Shown here: positions 25,480 through 39,149 of the stretch, in pieces | Layout: the number at the start of each line of letters is the position of its first letter | How positions within the stretch are numbered: the stretch's first letter is position 1 | NCBI RefSeq assembly: GCF_006345805.1 | Contig: NC_043003.1 | Location: forward strand, 82,336,001-82,400,000 | Source of the DNA: Octopus sinensis | Lineage: Eukaryota | Direction of reading: 5' to 3' | Length of the DNA stretch: 64,000 nt | Made by a program: the position numbers and the translations under genes | The notes under the pieces: generated by a model | What the model was told of the DNA's origin: nothing | The model's input: only the letters and a program-made list of their open reading frames with translations | Database searches by the model: none

Positions 25480-26899
25480 TGTACATATGTGTGCATTGGT
25501 GTGTGAATGTATGTATTTTTGCATTGAATTTAACTTAATCCATCAATATTTGATATGTAAATGATTATAAAATATTAAATCTATATTTGTTGTTCTTATT
25601 TATCTAAAACGCTTATACGTGTGCCATATTAAGGAACAGTCAGTAGGTGCAGTGATATGAAATTCACTTACATTTATTTTCCCTTTTCAAAATATGTATT
25701 TCCATTAAATCTAAAGTTTAAATGAATTTACCTCTAAATGTCATATTTACATAAATGTTGCATTGTATTAAGACACTGTGCTGCATGTTTTGTTAATTTA
25801 TTACATTCTAACATATAGAATCATTTATAATTTGAAGAAATTATATTATTTCCTTTAACTATGAACGCGTACATTTCAGACTAATTGAAAGTAACGATTA
25901 ACATCAAACTTCCAGTTTATATAGTTGCTCCTGATGTTGACTAGTTTTATTCATCAAATGTCCTAACAGGTGAAAAATATTCACACAACCTAGAAAGTTA
26001 ATATTTTAATAAGAAAATTCACTTTACGTGTAAATAAACTACAATCTATCTCTCATAATTTATCTTTCAACATTGCCAGATCTTAGTTGCCAGGTAATAC
26101 ATAATACTTTTCAACATTCAATACTTTTCTCTATCCAACACTGTACATTAATTCTCTATCTTAAATTTAAATCATATTTTTATATTTTTTCACATATTTA
26201 TGTATTTTTGTCTCTAAATAAATCCGATGGAACTTTCTCATAAATTAGATGAATACTACATCTTTGACTTCATACTTATAGCACTATCTACATGACAGAT
26301 AAGTAATCTTACAATAATTTATGTTTGGTTTCATAACAATGTTCAATGACACATAGTACATCCACTTTGTGTTCTGTAATTTATTATACTCCAAAGAAAT
26401 AGTTATAAGAAATTTAACCCAATGATTAAGAAGTTCGCTTCACACCAGCATCTTCCCGGATTTGATTTCTTACACATATTTCTTGGCATCATGGAGATAT
26501 GTCATGTTTTATATTCTCGGGTCGAATCCTTCCTTGCAGGTTCAATTGAGCAGGCGGAAACTGTATAAAAGCTTGTCGGGTAGATTAAGTCTGTAGTTCA
26601 AAATCCACACTCTCACACTCTTGTCATACTCTGTGTCACGTACTCATAGCAGCAATACAAATGGAAACAGTTCTCTCTACCATACCCTCTCTCTCTCCCT
26701 CACTCTCTCTCTATATGTATCTATCTATATCTATCTATCTATCTTTCTTTTTATTCATCTATCTTTTACATTCAAATAAGTGTGATGTGGTAATTGGTTT
26801 GCTGAAATGCTTTCAGAGTTTCGTTACATAGATAAATATACTTACATCACAATTTATAATGATGATTAAATAATGTTGTCGATTACCTAGCAAGCTTTT

Positions 26900-27300
26900 T
26901 GTCCTTGTCAGAGTTCATCGTCGACGAAAAGGTTTGGTGTTAATCGCTTGAACTCAAGAGTTACTGTCGATGCCAAAATGAGTGCTTTTTTCTTCAAACC
27001 TGTTTGGGAGGAATAGATTTTGAAGAGGTGATGGGAAAATAGCCGAGATATATGCATGGGAATTCTGCTTAGTAGTGAATAAAGGTGAGTAAGTTAATGG
27101 TGTCGACAGGCAAAAGTGTAACAGCAATTGATGCATTGGAGTTGGTCAAAGTAGATTACAATATTGGGTTGAAATTTATAAATTGAGGAATGATAAAGAT
27201 AATTTTCTCCTTGGTAATTGACCTGCAAGCGAGGCAATCATCGATATAGCAGCAACAAAGCTCGGATCTTGGCTTGATGCAACGGAAGCAAATGCTAGTC
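26900..27300 (-). pseudogene. Highly decayed Penelope-like RT fragment
   Basis: Minus-strand CCYIDDCLA motif, followed by SHH...IYSSQ-like remnants of the H.K.SIPYSQ region; many stops. Confidence 0.45.
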
Positions 27301-28645
27301 ACATTGTGTTCTATGAGATGCAATATTAGGTAGACAATAGGCTTAGGCTTAGTTCAATATCATACTTAAGAAGGGATTTGTAAAAGTTTAATATATATAC
27401 ATATAGTATATCGTCGAAAAATGTAATATAACGAATGCATTTTAATTATTTCAGAAATTACGGGAATGGATAGCTGCAGTCTTGATTTTTATGTGTTTGA
27501 CAGAGAAATATTTTGTGAATGTGACCAACGATACAATCACAGAAGTGTTGTTTGAAAATGTGAAGATATAAAAGCATCTAAATAGCATTTCATGTAGAAC
27601 AATGCATCCAGAAAGCAACATATTTGGGAAACTGGAGACTCGTTTTCAGGCTTCCATAGGAAAATTTAATAATCATTGAAATGTTCAAAATGATATTGCA
27701 ATATAATTCTCGAATTCGTTTCCTATGAGATTAAAAAATGTAGATTCAACATTTAATATTTTTCTTTTCAATATTTAGGCTATAAAATATTGGACTTGTA
27801 CATTTTATGATAATAAAGTAATATAATGAAGAAAAAATGATTCAGTAATCTTACAGCTAAATATGTGAATGCGAATTATACCAAAGATAGTAAATCATGA
27901 ATACTGCAGAAGATTTAATTGGATTAAGAAAAAGAGGTAATTTGGTTAAAAGTCTATTTCCACTCCAGTTATTTAACTATCGAATAAAGATCAAGATATT
28001 TTTAATTTAATATAACGAGTAGTTTAAAATGAAATAGTGATATCATTATGTCAAGTTATTTGAAAAATTGGTTAACGTAGATGCCTTATAGAAAAATAAA
28101 ACTTTTCGTGTCTATTAGATATCGAATTTAATCGTTATATCTAAGAAAGTATATCTGTCTTGAACAACAGCCAAATGAGAACACTTATAGTAGTGCAAGA
28201 TATATTTTTAAATGTACATTATATATGAATAAATATACGTATGACTACTTGCGTGAATGTATGTGTGGGAGTTATTTTTGTGGAGAATAATCAAAGGAAT
28301 TTATCATCTTTAAGCAGACTGTTTTGAAAATAGAGTTGCTAAATTTTGAGACAATCATTTCTTTTTCGAATTTAATGAAATTAGGAGTTTCATAAGACCC
28401 ATAAACGTCCTTATTAAATATACTAACAATCAAAAGCATTCCAGTTATGTTTTTCTTATCTATTTTGTTGGTACAGTGCAGTTAAGATCACCTTATTTCA
28501 TTATATCAGTGATAAAGACATATAGAGTCTGGTCTAAAGGAAACTGGCCGCCCTACATCTCTACATCTATTCGGATCAATGGCTGTAGAAAATACTTATG
28601 AAGACTGATATCTACATGGCCATGTTACTCTGCAGCAGCAACAGC

Positions 28646-29020
28646 TGTGGAGGCGCAATGGCCCAGTGGTAAGGGCAGCGGACTCGCGGTTGGAGGATCG
28701 CTGTTCCGATTCCCAGACCGGGCGTTGTGTGTGTTTATTGAGCGAAAACACCTAAAGCTCCACGAGGCTCCGGTAGGGCGTGGTGGCGACCCCTGTTGTA
28801 CTCTTTCACTACAACTTTCCCTCACTCTTTCTACCTGTTTCTTGTCCCCGACTTTCTACGCATCCGCTGAGCCTGGATGCGCATTCATCCACCCGTCGAT
28901 GCTCTCGATGTCGGGGGTTGACCTGCTTTCTCTTCTGCGGGTCTTACGAATAGCAAAGAACCACGTTTTGGACTTCTACCACTAACTGGGATCAAGACCG
29001 CTTCGCTCAACAAACAAAGA
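28646..29020 (+). mobile_element. tRNA-derived SINE, family B head with tail type 1
   Basis: GGAGGCGCAATGGCCCAGTGGTAAGGGCAGCGGACTC...CCGATTCCCAGACCGGGC (A- and B-box-like); the first ~190 bp is homologous to minus-strand 38960-39149. Confidence 0.82.
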
Positions 29021-29949
29021 AACAGCAACAGCTAAACAAAAGACGCAGCAGTAGTAGTGATGGTGCGAGGAGTGGGTATGGGAACGAGCAAGTGGAATAC
29101 ATACAAGCATTTAAATTCTTACTACTACTATTATTTCTTACTGTACATTTTTGATTGCCATATGGATTATTGCAATTACTAGTGATAATTATAGTGATTA
29201 TAATTATCATTAACAATATGAGTGTTTTATACGTGCAACTCTTACAGAAATGAAAATATTTCAATAGTCAACACTTCTCTCAACACTGAAATTGTACATT
29301 AATAACGATAAAATAGCAGAATATTCCATGTAATTGACTACAGGCCTAATCGCTAATAAATTAAGCTTGAATACACATAATGTGGTGAACGCAATAACTT
29401 AAATTAATCTAGATTATATCTGAGATGAGGAAAATAAATATTGCTGAATAATGCTGAAATATACCTAATAAAACCATGGCGGACAACGCAGAAAAAAGAA
29501 CGTTTTTAAATGAGCTTTTAAATATCAGGATTCAAAAATATCAAAATTGTAAATAAACAATACAAAGGGGAAAGTTGACTTTATATTAGCGTGGTTAACA
29601 ACTTCAGACTAATTACATCTCCTCAGCGAAGCATGATTATTAACCTCCCTGCCAATTTATGAGAAGGCAATATGTGTTTGTGTGCGCGCGCGCGTGCGTG
29701 TGTGTGTGTGTATGTGTGTGTGTGTTATTATGTATGTATATATATACGTGTGAAATGTGCATAAATCTCGAAAGAAATAAGAGGAATATCACTTGTCTGG
29801 AAAATGAAAGATAAAATAGGCACTACAACATTGAATCTGGCGAGTACGATTACTATAATTAATCAAAAGTATAGCCAGGGCATCGCAATATTACACTTAT
29901 ATTGACACTTAAATATGATTAAACTACAATTTTGTTACCCAATATTTTG

Positions 29950-30530
29950 ATGAAAGATACTAACAATGTCAAAACTATGAAGCAGGATAACTGAAGGTTT
30001 ACGAAAAAAGAATGTAAATCCTACACAGCAGAAGTATATAATAAAAGTCAATGAAACAATCTACCAACTAAAAGGACGGTAATGGATGATATCAAATTAG
30101 GAGAAAAGGTTACTGAGGGTTTTGCTCGACGACAGAATGTCTTACCAAGTCCATGGCAAAACCTGGTGCTAGGTGTACAATCAAGAATATTTTTTGTACG
30201 TAGTCGAATTCATGTTATAAGCTGCAGATGAAAACTAGTAACACCCGCTGTAGACAATAAAAGGAAATTAGTAAACGAATACATAACATTGGGAAAACGT
30301 ATTAAGACAACGTTGAAGAAATATCAATATATTTTAGTTCACAAATATGATGTCATATTAAATAAAGAGACATGTGTGTGGGAAGTGAATCTTACACAGA
30401 TTCAACACAGATTCTTTCGGGAAAATGTTTTGAATAGAAACCATTACTTTACATCGAGTGAATTTCGACGTGTTTCGAAGTTAGTTGCTTGCAAAATAAT
30501 AATGGAAAGAAATAGAAAACTTTTCACCTA
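29950..30530 (+). pseudogene. Possible very decayed LINE RT fragment
   Basis: Remnants resembling GVRQG..LSP (GFARRQNVLPSP) and YADD (GCAGATGA) in the expected order; weak. Confidence 0.3.
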
Positions 30531-30614
30531 GTAAAACTTGGTCATTATCCAATCCTCTCGGAGCTGTTTGACAAATTAATTAACAATGAACCAATGACTA
30601 AAACAACAATAACA

Positions 30615-31253
30615 ATGGCTTCTAATTTAGGCACAAAGCCAGCAGATTTGATGGGGCAGAGTCGATACCATCAACACCTGTAATTGAGACTTACTTTATT
30701 TTATCGATCGATTTAAGGATGAATGATCATCTTAGCAAAATTTGAACTCAGAATATAAAGATTTGGAAGAAATATACAAAGATATATCTTCCGACATTCT
30801 CCTGATTTCCCAGGTCACCACCTACTATAGATACAAGGCCTAAAATTTTGGAGGAGGGGGCTAGTCAATAGCATCGACCGCAGTACGCAACTGGTTCTTT
30901 ATTTTATCGAACCGGAAAGGATAAAAGGCAAAGTCAACCTTGGCGGAATTTTGAGTCAGAACGTAAAGACAGGAAACGCAGCTAAGCATTTTGACCAGTG
31001 TGCTAATGTTTCCACCAGCTCACCGACTCAGTTATGGTTTCAAAGTATGGCACAAGACCAGTAATGTCGGAAAAAGAGCTAAGTTGATTACACAGCATCA
31101 GCACCAGCGCTCAACAGGTACTTATATTATCGACCCCGAGAAGATCAGTGGCAAAGTCGACTTCGGTGGTATTTCAACTCAGAACGTAAATACGGACGTA
31201 ATACCGCAAAAACTCTGCCCAGAATGCTGACGATTCTGCCAGCTCGCCGTCTT
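30615..31253 (-). mobile_element. Three tandem decayed copies of SINE family C
   Basis: Repeated TTTATCGA...GGCAAAGTC.AC.TCGG.GG.ATTT.AACTCAGAACGTAAA...CCAGCTC.CCG motifs, homologous to 34776-35008. Confidence 0.75.
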
Positions 31254-31479
31254 AATTATTTTTAATAAAATCAATATCTATTTTTTTTTGCCACCCAGTC
31301 TCACACAAACACAAAAACATTACAATACCAAGGTTTAAAAATAGGGAGTATTTTGCGGGTAAGCAAAATATAAACAAATGCAATATATTAGTAATAGAAT
31401 TTTAAACAAGGAAAATTTCTCATTGAAGTGAAAGACTTCCATAGATTACCCGTGGAAACCCCACAATAGCAGTCTCTTA

Positions 31480-32120
31480 GAATATTCAGACAAGAGACTT
31501 TTCCAATTTGTCTTCCTCTGATGAGCGCTCTACACTTGAACCGTATTCGCCATCCTCCTTTTTGTCCGAGTTTGCTAGACGATCACAATTCCCTCTCCAT
31601 CCATGAGAGCTTGACCAAATTGTAAAGCCTCTCTCATCAGTCATACCCACTAAAACCATCTTTTGCCATGACCACCGAACAAATCTTGGTCAAAGGAAGT
31701 CGATGAGATGGTCTTCATGTTGGACTCAGCGGATAGCCGAAACAATTGTGCTCGTGAAACAAATCAAGGACGCTGAAGTATTGATGGTAAACGGTCTGAT
31801 TGTTATGCGTGTATTTTGGGTATGCCCCGCTGGCAGCACTACCGTACTTATAGAGTTTATCTGGAACCAGCACTTCTAGGCAAGTATTTGTGTGAGTTAT
31901 CCATGGGCTCCGGATAAAAAAGTCCTCTGAAACAGAATAGCCACTTATTATCGCGTCATCCAGAGATTCTCCGAGAACGTCGTCGTTTTTGCCCACCACT
32001 ATTCCTGCATACAATGTCAATGTAGACATCCTTCAGACCGCATTGTTTCGCTGGTATTGAGCTACGAACGCCTGACAACACTCCAGAGGCCAAGAACCCT
32101 GTCGCGACCTTCACTTGATG
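31480..32120 (-). other. Unassigned, relatively GC-richer island with a 104-aa ORF (31715-32029) and interrupted downstream frames
   Basis: Non-repetitive composition unlike its flanks; no recognisable family. Confidence 0.35.
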
Positions 32121-32146
32121 CAGAACTGCATCTCTCTCTCTGCCTA

Positions 32147-32181
<35 letters not shown>

Positions 32182-32869
32182 TTCTCTCTCTCAAAAACAA
32201 AACAAAAGCTGGGGAAATTGCATCTAACAAACAATAGTGACAACTATTCACAGTAGATGTTTTACTGGAGATACCGTAATCTCAGCTCACGTCAGTGCGT
32301 CATTATGACGCACTGACCCAGCACGCTTAGTAATGTCACTGACTGGAGTGAGTTGTTTCTTCTACTTTTAAATAATAATTGTATCTAATAATTGGAAAAC
32401 AGTATACTCATAATATGAAGGAACACTATATCAACGCGTTCTGGAAAATATCCATTAACGTAGTTTCAATAATCTAGTATATAAAAATAATTAGCAGAGA
32501 GAAATTTTGAAAATTAATTTTGTAATTAATCTATAGATTCTTTTAACTCATCAAAGTAATCTATCTATTGCAAATTTTCAGTCTGCTCCCAAGTTAAATC
32601 AGCTCCAGACTGATCAAGTTCCCCGACATAAATATACAAAAGCTCTATGACATAGAAATCGTATCATACAGTCTCGAGTTGAAAAAGAAATGTGAATCTC
32701 TTACGCTAAAGACTACGAAAAATAGAAAAACTGCAATCTGAACTGCCATAGATAAAATGCCTCAAGTCCCCAAATAAAATAGAAAAACAAAACACAAACT
32801 GACAAGAAGTATTTGTTTCTAAACAAGTATACATACACAGACACAGACACAGACACACATGCTATATAT

Positions 32870-33024
32870 ATATATGAATGTATAAACGAGAAGCAGGTTT
32901 CTTAGTTTGACGCTTGGGAAGGTGAGAAAGTCTTTTACGTTTCGAGTCTGCGCTCTTCAAAAGAAAGGAACACGAGGAAATAAACAGAGTGAGAATAAAG
33001 AGAGAATAAAAATTGTGGATTTAG

Positions 33025-33030
<6 letters not shown>
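32870..33030 (-). mobile_element. Solo PLE pLTR remnant with decayed HHR-like motif (32931-32968)
   Basis: Minus: CCTTT-CTTTTGA-A-GAGC(GCAG)ACTC-GAAAC-GTA-AAAGA; same family as 13040 and 42278. Confidence 0.6.
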
Positions 33031-33073
<43 letters not shown>

Positions 33074-33326
33074 TGTGTGTGAACGCGCGTGGCTCACAAC
33101 CCACAGTACAATATTTTCGTATTAAATTGAAAAGAAATTAACACTAATTCGTAAAACTTTGTGAACCCCACAAGAAGTTGATCAAAGGAATTACATTCTG
33201 AAAAACATATAAAATGATAAATATATATATAAGCAGACAAATACGAGTTCCACACCGATACCACCACCACCACCACCACCACCACAAACATTATACATAT
33301 ACTGTAAATCACTACAGATACGCATA

Positions 33327-33722
33327 CTCTTTTTTTACTCTTTTACTTGTTTCAGTCATTTGACTGCAGCCATGCTGGAGCACCGCCTTTAGTCGAACAA
33401 ATCGACCCCAGGACTTATTCTTTGTAAGCCCAGTACTTATTTTATCGGTCTCTTTTGCCGAACCGCTAAGTGACGGGGACGTAAACACACCAGCATCGGT
33501 TGTCAAGCAATGCTAGGGGGACAAACACAGACACACACACATATATATATATATATATACGACAGGCTTCTTTCAGTTTCCGTCTACGAAATCCACTCAC
33601 AAGTCTTTGGTTGGCCCGGGGCTATAGCAGAAGACACCTGCCCAAGATGAAACGCAGTGGGACTGAACCCGCAAACATGTGGTTGGTTAGCAAGCTACTT
33701 ACCACACAGCCACTCCTGCATA
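33327..33722 (-). mobile_element. tRNA-derived SINE family A, near full length
   Basis: Minus head GCAGGAGTGGCTGTGTGGTAAGTAGCTTG...GGGTTCAGTCCCACTGCG; tail ...CAGCATGGCTGCAGTCAAATGACTGAAACAAGTAAAAGAG. Confidence 0.9.
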
Positions 33723-34591
33723 TGTCAACAAACAACATAATTTGAGAACATAAGTCACAAAAATAGAGGTAACTTACAAAATATAAAGAAAAAGAAGATA
33801 CAACATAGACGACCGAAGATTGACCAACAAAAGTCAAACTAGAGCACCTCAAGTACAATTAAGAACATAAGAGAGTAAAGGATTAGATTTATATCGACGA
33901 AAATAACACCCGAGTATAAAAGTGAATGATGAAATAGCAGTAACGATGGAGAAGAAAGAACTAGGTCTTTGCAAACTCTGTGAAAGTAATCACGTGCATC
34001 AGCGCTACGAATATAAATGAAATTGTTTATTTATGCAGCAGCGGTTTTAGTTGAAAAAACACTTGATACTCTCTCAGATTTCCTCGTTAAGACTATCAAA
34101 AGATAACATGAAAATATATAGAAAGAATGTAGATGAGTAAAGATCATTCAATCCTTAATGAATATATTGCGAAATGACACAATGGATTAACATGTATGGA
34201 GACAAACATTACAGAAATATAACATTATCGAAAAAAAAAAAATCGTTCCTGATATCAAAGACCACATGCTGAAAGAGATTGATCGTCGATAAACCGCTCA
34301 GAAATTGACGTTGTGCAGAGCCACAGCGATTCTTGGAACAAAAATATTCGACTCCAAATCAAAATGATTTTTATCAAGAACTGGGTGAAAATAAAACAGA
34401 AATGATACGTTAGAAGTACAAAAATATTGCAAATGTGTATATCATGCAAAAACTAATGTATGAATTCTGGTATGAATTCTGTAGCAGTTTTAGTAAAATT
34501 TTCAGATATATTCTAACCGAATTAGGGTACTTGGAAATGAGAGAAATCGAATTGCCACGAATGATGCTGATAAAAGCACAAAACGCAATAT

Positions 34592-35008
34592 CTATTTCTT
34601 TACTACCCGCAAGGGGCTAAACACAGAGAGGACAAACAGGGAAAGACACACGGATTAATTCGACTATATCGGCCCCAGTGCGTAACTGGTACATAATTTA
34701 TCGATCCCGAAAGGATGAAAGGCAAAGTTGACCTCGGCGGAATTTGAACTCAGAACGTAGCGGCAGACGAAATACCTATTTCTTTACTACCCACAAGGTG
34801 CTAAACACAGAGAGGGCAAACAGGGACAACCAAACGGATTAAGTCGATTATATCGACCCCAGTGCGTAACTGGTACTTAATTTATCGACCCCGAAAGAAT
34901 GAAAGGCAAAGTCGACCTCGACGGGATTTGAACTCAGAACGTAACGGCAGACGAAATACGGCTACGCATTTCGCCCGGCGTGCTAACGTTTCTACCAGCT
35001 CACCGCCT
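34592..35008 (-). mobile_element. SINE family C, full copy plus tandem partial copy
   Basis: Minus head GGCGGTGAGCTGGTAGAAACGTTAGC...CTGAGTTCAAATCCCG; unit repeats at 34592-34775 and 34776-35008. Confidence 0.88.
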
Positions 35009-36195
35009 TACATGACCAGTATTGGGTGGCTGTATCAGCTCAGGTAGACGTTAGAAAATAGAAACAGAAATAAGGTACAAGGAAAATTTTAAAATCGTTA
35101 GCTTGAGGTTAAGATATCTGACATACACACACACGCACATGCATACGTATTTATACACACGCACACACATATGTATACGCACATACACACACACACACAC
35201 ACATACGGTCGTAGAAAAATAGTTAAGAAAATACTGAAAGAAACTGAAACGATGCCCGAGTTGCTCCCTGAGGGGAAATCTATCTTTAACACTAAAGAAG
35301 CGCATAAAATTTTAATTCAATGTCAAAGAAACGGTAAACGCTAAAACGTAAAGAAACAATATATGATTTATAAAGCGTACAAAGACTTGACAGCAATACT
35401 ATCGTGGAGGGAAAATAAAAACGCGATGAAAATGAAACGTATATCCATAAAAATAAATAAAATACAAATGCATACTGCAAAGTCTCAAGTAGCTGTAAAT
35501 ATCAATTTCTGATTATCACAACCATAATCAAAAAGAAAGAGGAAAATGGATGTTTGAATATGGATTGATTACAAGATGTTGGCAGCGCTCCCCATTGGTG
35601 ACAATGCAATGTGTAATGGAAAACTTAGAAGAATTGTTGAAAATGTCAAGGGCAATAGTATGCAGTTTTGCAGAATTTCAAAATAAAACCTACAGAAGCG
35701 AAATTTTTCGATTATACTCTCTCGTGCTTTAACGCCGTCAAACAACATGATAAAAAAGGTTTTATTCGTGCAAAACTTTTATCGGAATATAACGAACCAT
35801 AGTTTGCCTATAGATGAATTCAAACTGTGCGCTGCGACTCACATGATTATTCCAATTTAATAGAGTAATTCATATGAGATCTGCGTTGTAAAAATGCACC
35901 TAGGCAATCTCAACGAGAGGAACATCAAGAACAGTAATGTGAATTTAAATAAACAAGCATTAAAAAAAAGATATCAAGATACAAGCAAACAGAAATGGCA
36001 CAAGAATAAATAAAATAGACAGGGCATTGCGCATACAAATGAATTAATCGAAATAAGGAATATTATGGAAGTTTAAGATTGATTATTAAAAGTCAGCTGA
36101 ATGCAAGAATTGGGTAATAGGTACCTAGTTATTCATATCCATAGTAATATTTTCTGCTGGACACCAATTGAATTAGTAAGAGTATATATAAATTC

Positions 36196-36448
36196 GTGGA
36201 GGCGCGTGGCTTAGTGGTTAGGGTGTCAGCAACATGATCGTAAGATTGTGGTTTCGATTCCTGGATCGGGCGATGCGTTGTATTCTTGAGCAAAACACTG
36301 CCTTTCACATTGCTCCAGTCCACTCAGCTGGAAAAAATGAGTAACGCTGCAATCGATTGGCGTCCCGTCCAGCTGGGGAACACATACGCCATAGAAACCG
36401 GGAAACCGGTCCCATGAGCCTGGCTAGGCTTTAAAAAGGGTGCATTCA
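36196..36448 (+). mobile_element. tRNA-derived SINE with V-domain-like central segment
   Basis: A box TGGCTTAGTGG, B box GGTTTCGATTCC, then TTCTTGAGCAAAACACT...TTGCTCCAGTCCACTCAGCTG and GATTGGCGTCCCGTCCAG resembling V-SINE consensus. Confidence 0.75.
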
Positions 36449-37133
36449 TTTTTTTTTTATATATGTAAATGCAAGGAAAATTAATGAATGGAATTATAAT
36501 ATAGCACCTAATATTAGGTACAGTAAAATAGTTTTAATCGCACTCACAGTAGTTTACGGGATCTCTCAAGTAAAAAAAAGCAACTACTCAACTAATGTAA
36601 AACTTCCAAAATATCGCATATATAAAATATGAAGAAAATTTACAGACAGAAGTAAATAAAAAAATCATATGAGCAAGAACAATTTATTCCTCCAAGGGAG
36701 AAAACTCACACAAAACAGATGCAATGTAAACGAACAGGTGTTGAGAAGACAGAAAATTGTTGCAAAGCAGAAAAAATAACTGAACAAGGAACTAAAAGAT
36801 TTGATACCAAATCTATGGTAATGGATGACCACTCATGGGTTATACCTTCGAAAATTGAACGACGAAAAAGTGAAAACTGTAGTATCAACACTGACTTGGA
36901 AGCACAATCCCGCACTAAATCAACGACGGCCTGATTTTGCTTGAAGGCGTAAGGCAAAATATATTTCACGGCGCAATACATATAAGGTTAAGGCGGAGTA
37001 GGTGGAAAATTAGAAAGACAATCACCGAGGCCGTTCGGTATTACTTATAAGAGCGTGCATAAAACCGATGCATGTGTGTGTGTGTGTGTGTGTGAGTCTG
37101 TTTGTTTGTGTGTGTACCTATACATATACATGG

Positions 37134-37985
37134 TGGTTGTCTACTCCTTATGCAGATATTGACCACCTCCTGTACCTACACCTTATAGCCATCATGGCAT
37201 CTGATGTGGCTTTTTAAACCAGACAATGTTTTGAAAAGATTGCATATCCGGTTTGGACCACCAAGAGCTGCAGTTAAGTTCTGATCTTTGTGGATCATAA
37301 AATGTCTTTTGAGGCCTCCGTTGGATTTGGAGACCTTCTGACATACATTGCATTGAAAGGTGTGCACAGACATAGAAGTAGAATAGTTCGTGGAGGTTCG
37401 TTTTTCGTGGGTTCGCAAATGAGATTTCAGCCCAGCAAAAGAAAGACAAGGTCTATCACAAACTGTGCGCACAAAAAGGTCATTGTGATTCACCATCTCA
37501 ATCGTAACATTCTTCTTTAAATCTCTCTTGAGCCTTGCATGCGTTATCCTGGCCTCTTCAAATGCTTTCACTCCACTCCACAATTTTGTTCGCCAACCAG
37601 TTCGATCCCAAGCAACGGTTTCTATTTCCAGTGTATCCATTCCAAGTGACTTCAAGAGCTTATACCGTCATATTTTTTTAGGATTACACCGATAGCATTT
37701 CCCCTCTGCAAGCTCATCATAAAACAACAGTTTGAGTGAGCGTTCATCTGCCTTTCAAACAATATGGCCACACCATCATTTGGATTTTCAAAATCATAGC
37801 TTTAAATGTGATGATACCTGTAAGTGCAAGGACATCTGTGTTTGGAGTAAAAGAACTCCATTTCAAGTTTAAAATGCGATGAAGGCATTTTTGATTAAAC
37901 TGTTCTAACAATTTGAAATGTCTTTCATAACATGTCCATGGTTCAGAAGAATACAACAGGGATGGTAAGACAAATTATTTGTAAA
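37134..37985 (-). mobile_element. RTE-clade LINE 3' fragment with C-terminal C2H2-like fingers
   Basis: VLPSLLYSSEPWT..HFKLLEQFNQKCLHRIL, AWDRTGWRTKLWSGVKAFEEAR (RTE/BovB-like), then three GL.SH/RH...H finger units. Confidence 0.88.
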
Positions 37986-38435
37986 GAGCCAAATTTGAGT
38001 TGTTATTTATGTCTTATATTTGTAAATCACGTGTTCTACATTTTTTGTATGTATGAATGAGCTACTCCGTGTCGGACACCGGAGTGATATTTGATTACTT
38101 TATAGAAACATTTTGTGTCGGTTTGGTGTTTGGAACAGAATAGCTTACCTCATGGGCAGGTAGAAGCTCTAGGATAGTAAGGTAATCTACATAGAAGAAG
38201 GAAATTTCCGAAATAAAATCTGAGGCTTTGGAAGTTCCTGGTTTTATCAATTTTAATGTTAGACCGGCGAAATTCTTCTTGGGTCAATAAGTGGGGGTTG
38301 TGCAGTGCAAGCTACACCCACTGAAAATTATTCATCTGCACAGTTACCTCTTGCACACCAAATCTTAATAAAATCATTGAATTGATTGTTTGGTAGAAAC
38401 CTAAAGATATAGCTATACATACATACATACATACA

Positions 38436-38554
<119 letters not shown>

Positions 38555-38644
38555 TGTCGATCCCGAAAGGATGATAGGCATAGTCAAACTCATAAACCAT
38601 GAATGATATTGATTATAAAAGCCATAATAATATTGAAGTTGTGA

Positions 38645-39149
38645 CCCCATTTGGTCATGAATTACCATGGGATTGCATCTAGAAAGTTACTCTCCGAGGC
38701 ACAAGTCTGGGCAAGGTTGTTTATGGAAGACCAGCAGTCGCCCACGCATACCAACCTCCAGTCTCCACACCGCCAGTGTTATCCAAGAGAAAGACAAAGG
38801 CCGATACAGCTTGGCACCAGCAACGTCGCAGCTCATTTATTAACGTGCAAGTGGCTGAGCACTCCACAGGCACGTGTATCCTTAACGTAGTTCTCGGGGA
38901 GATTCAGTATGACACAGAGTGTGAAAAGGCTGACCTTTTGAAATACAGGCACAACAGAAGCAGGAACAAAGAGTGAGAGAAAGTTGTGGTGAAAGAGTAC
39001 AGCAAGTTTCACCACCATCCCCTGCCAGAATCTCGTGGAGCTTTAGTTGTTTTTGCTCAATAAACACTCACAATGCCTGGTCTGGGAATCGAAACCGTGA
39101 TCCTACGATCACGTGTCCACTGCCCTAACCACTGGGCAATTGCGCTCCA
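38645..39149 (-). mobile_element. SINE family B head with tail type 2
   Basis: Minus head GGAGCGCAATTGCCCAGTGGTTAGGGCAG...GGTTTCGATTCCCAGACCAGGC; tail unrelated to the 28850-29020 tail. Confidence 0.85.

Noticed and set aside
28650-28730. tRNA-like genes here and at 36196, 39070 and 49772
   Set aside because: SINE heads: A/B boxes run on into SINE bodies, with no complete cloverleaf.
34200-34360. Possible R4-like C-terminal remnant (ATAILGTKIF)
   Set aside because: Too short and decayed to support.
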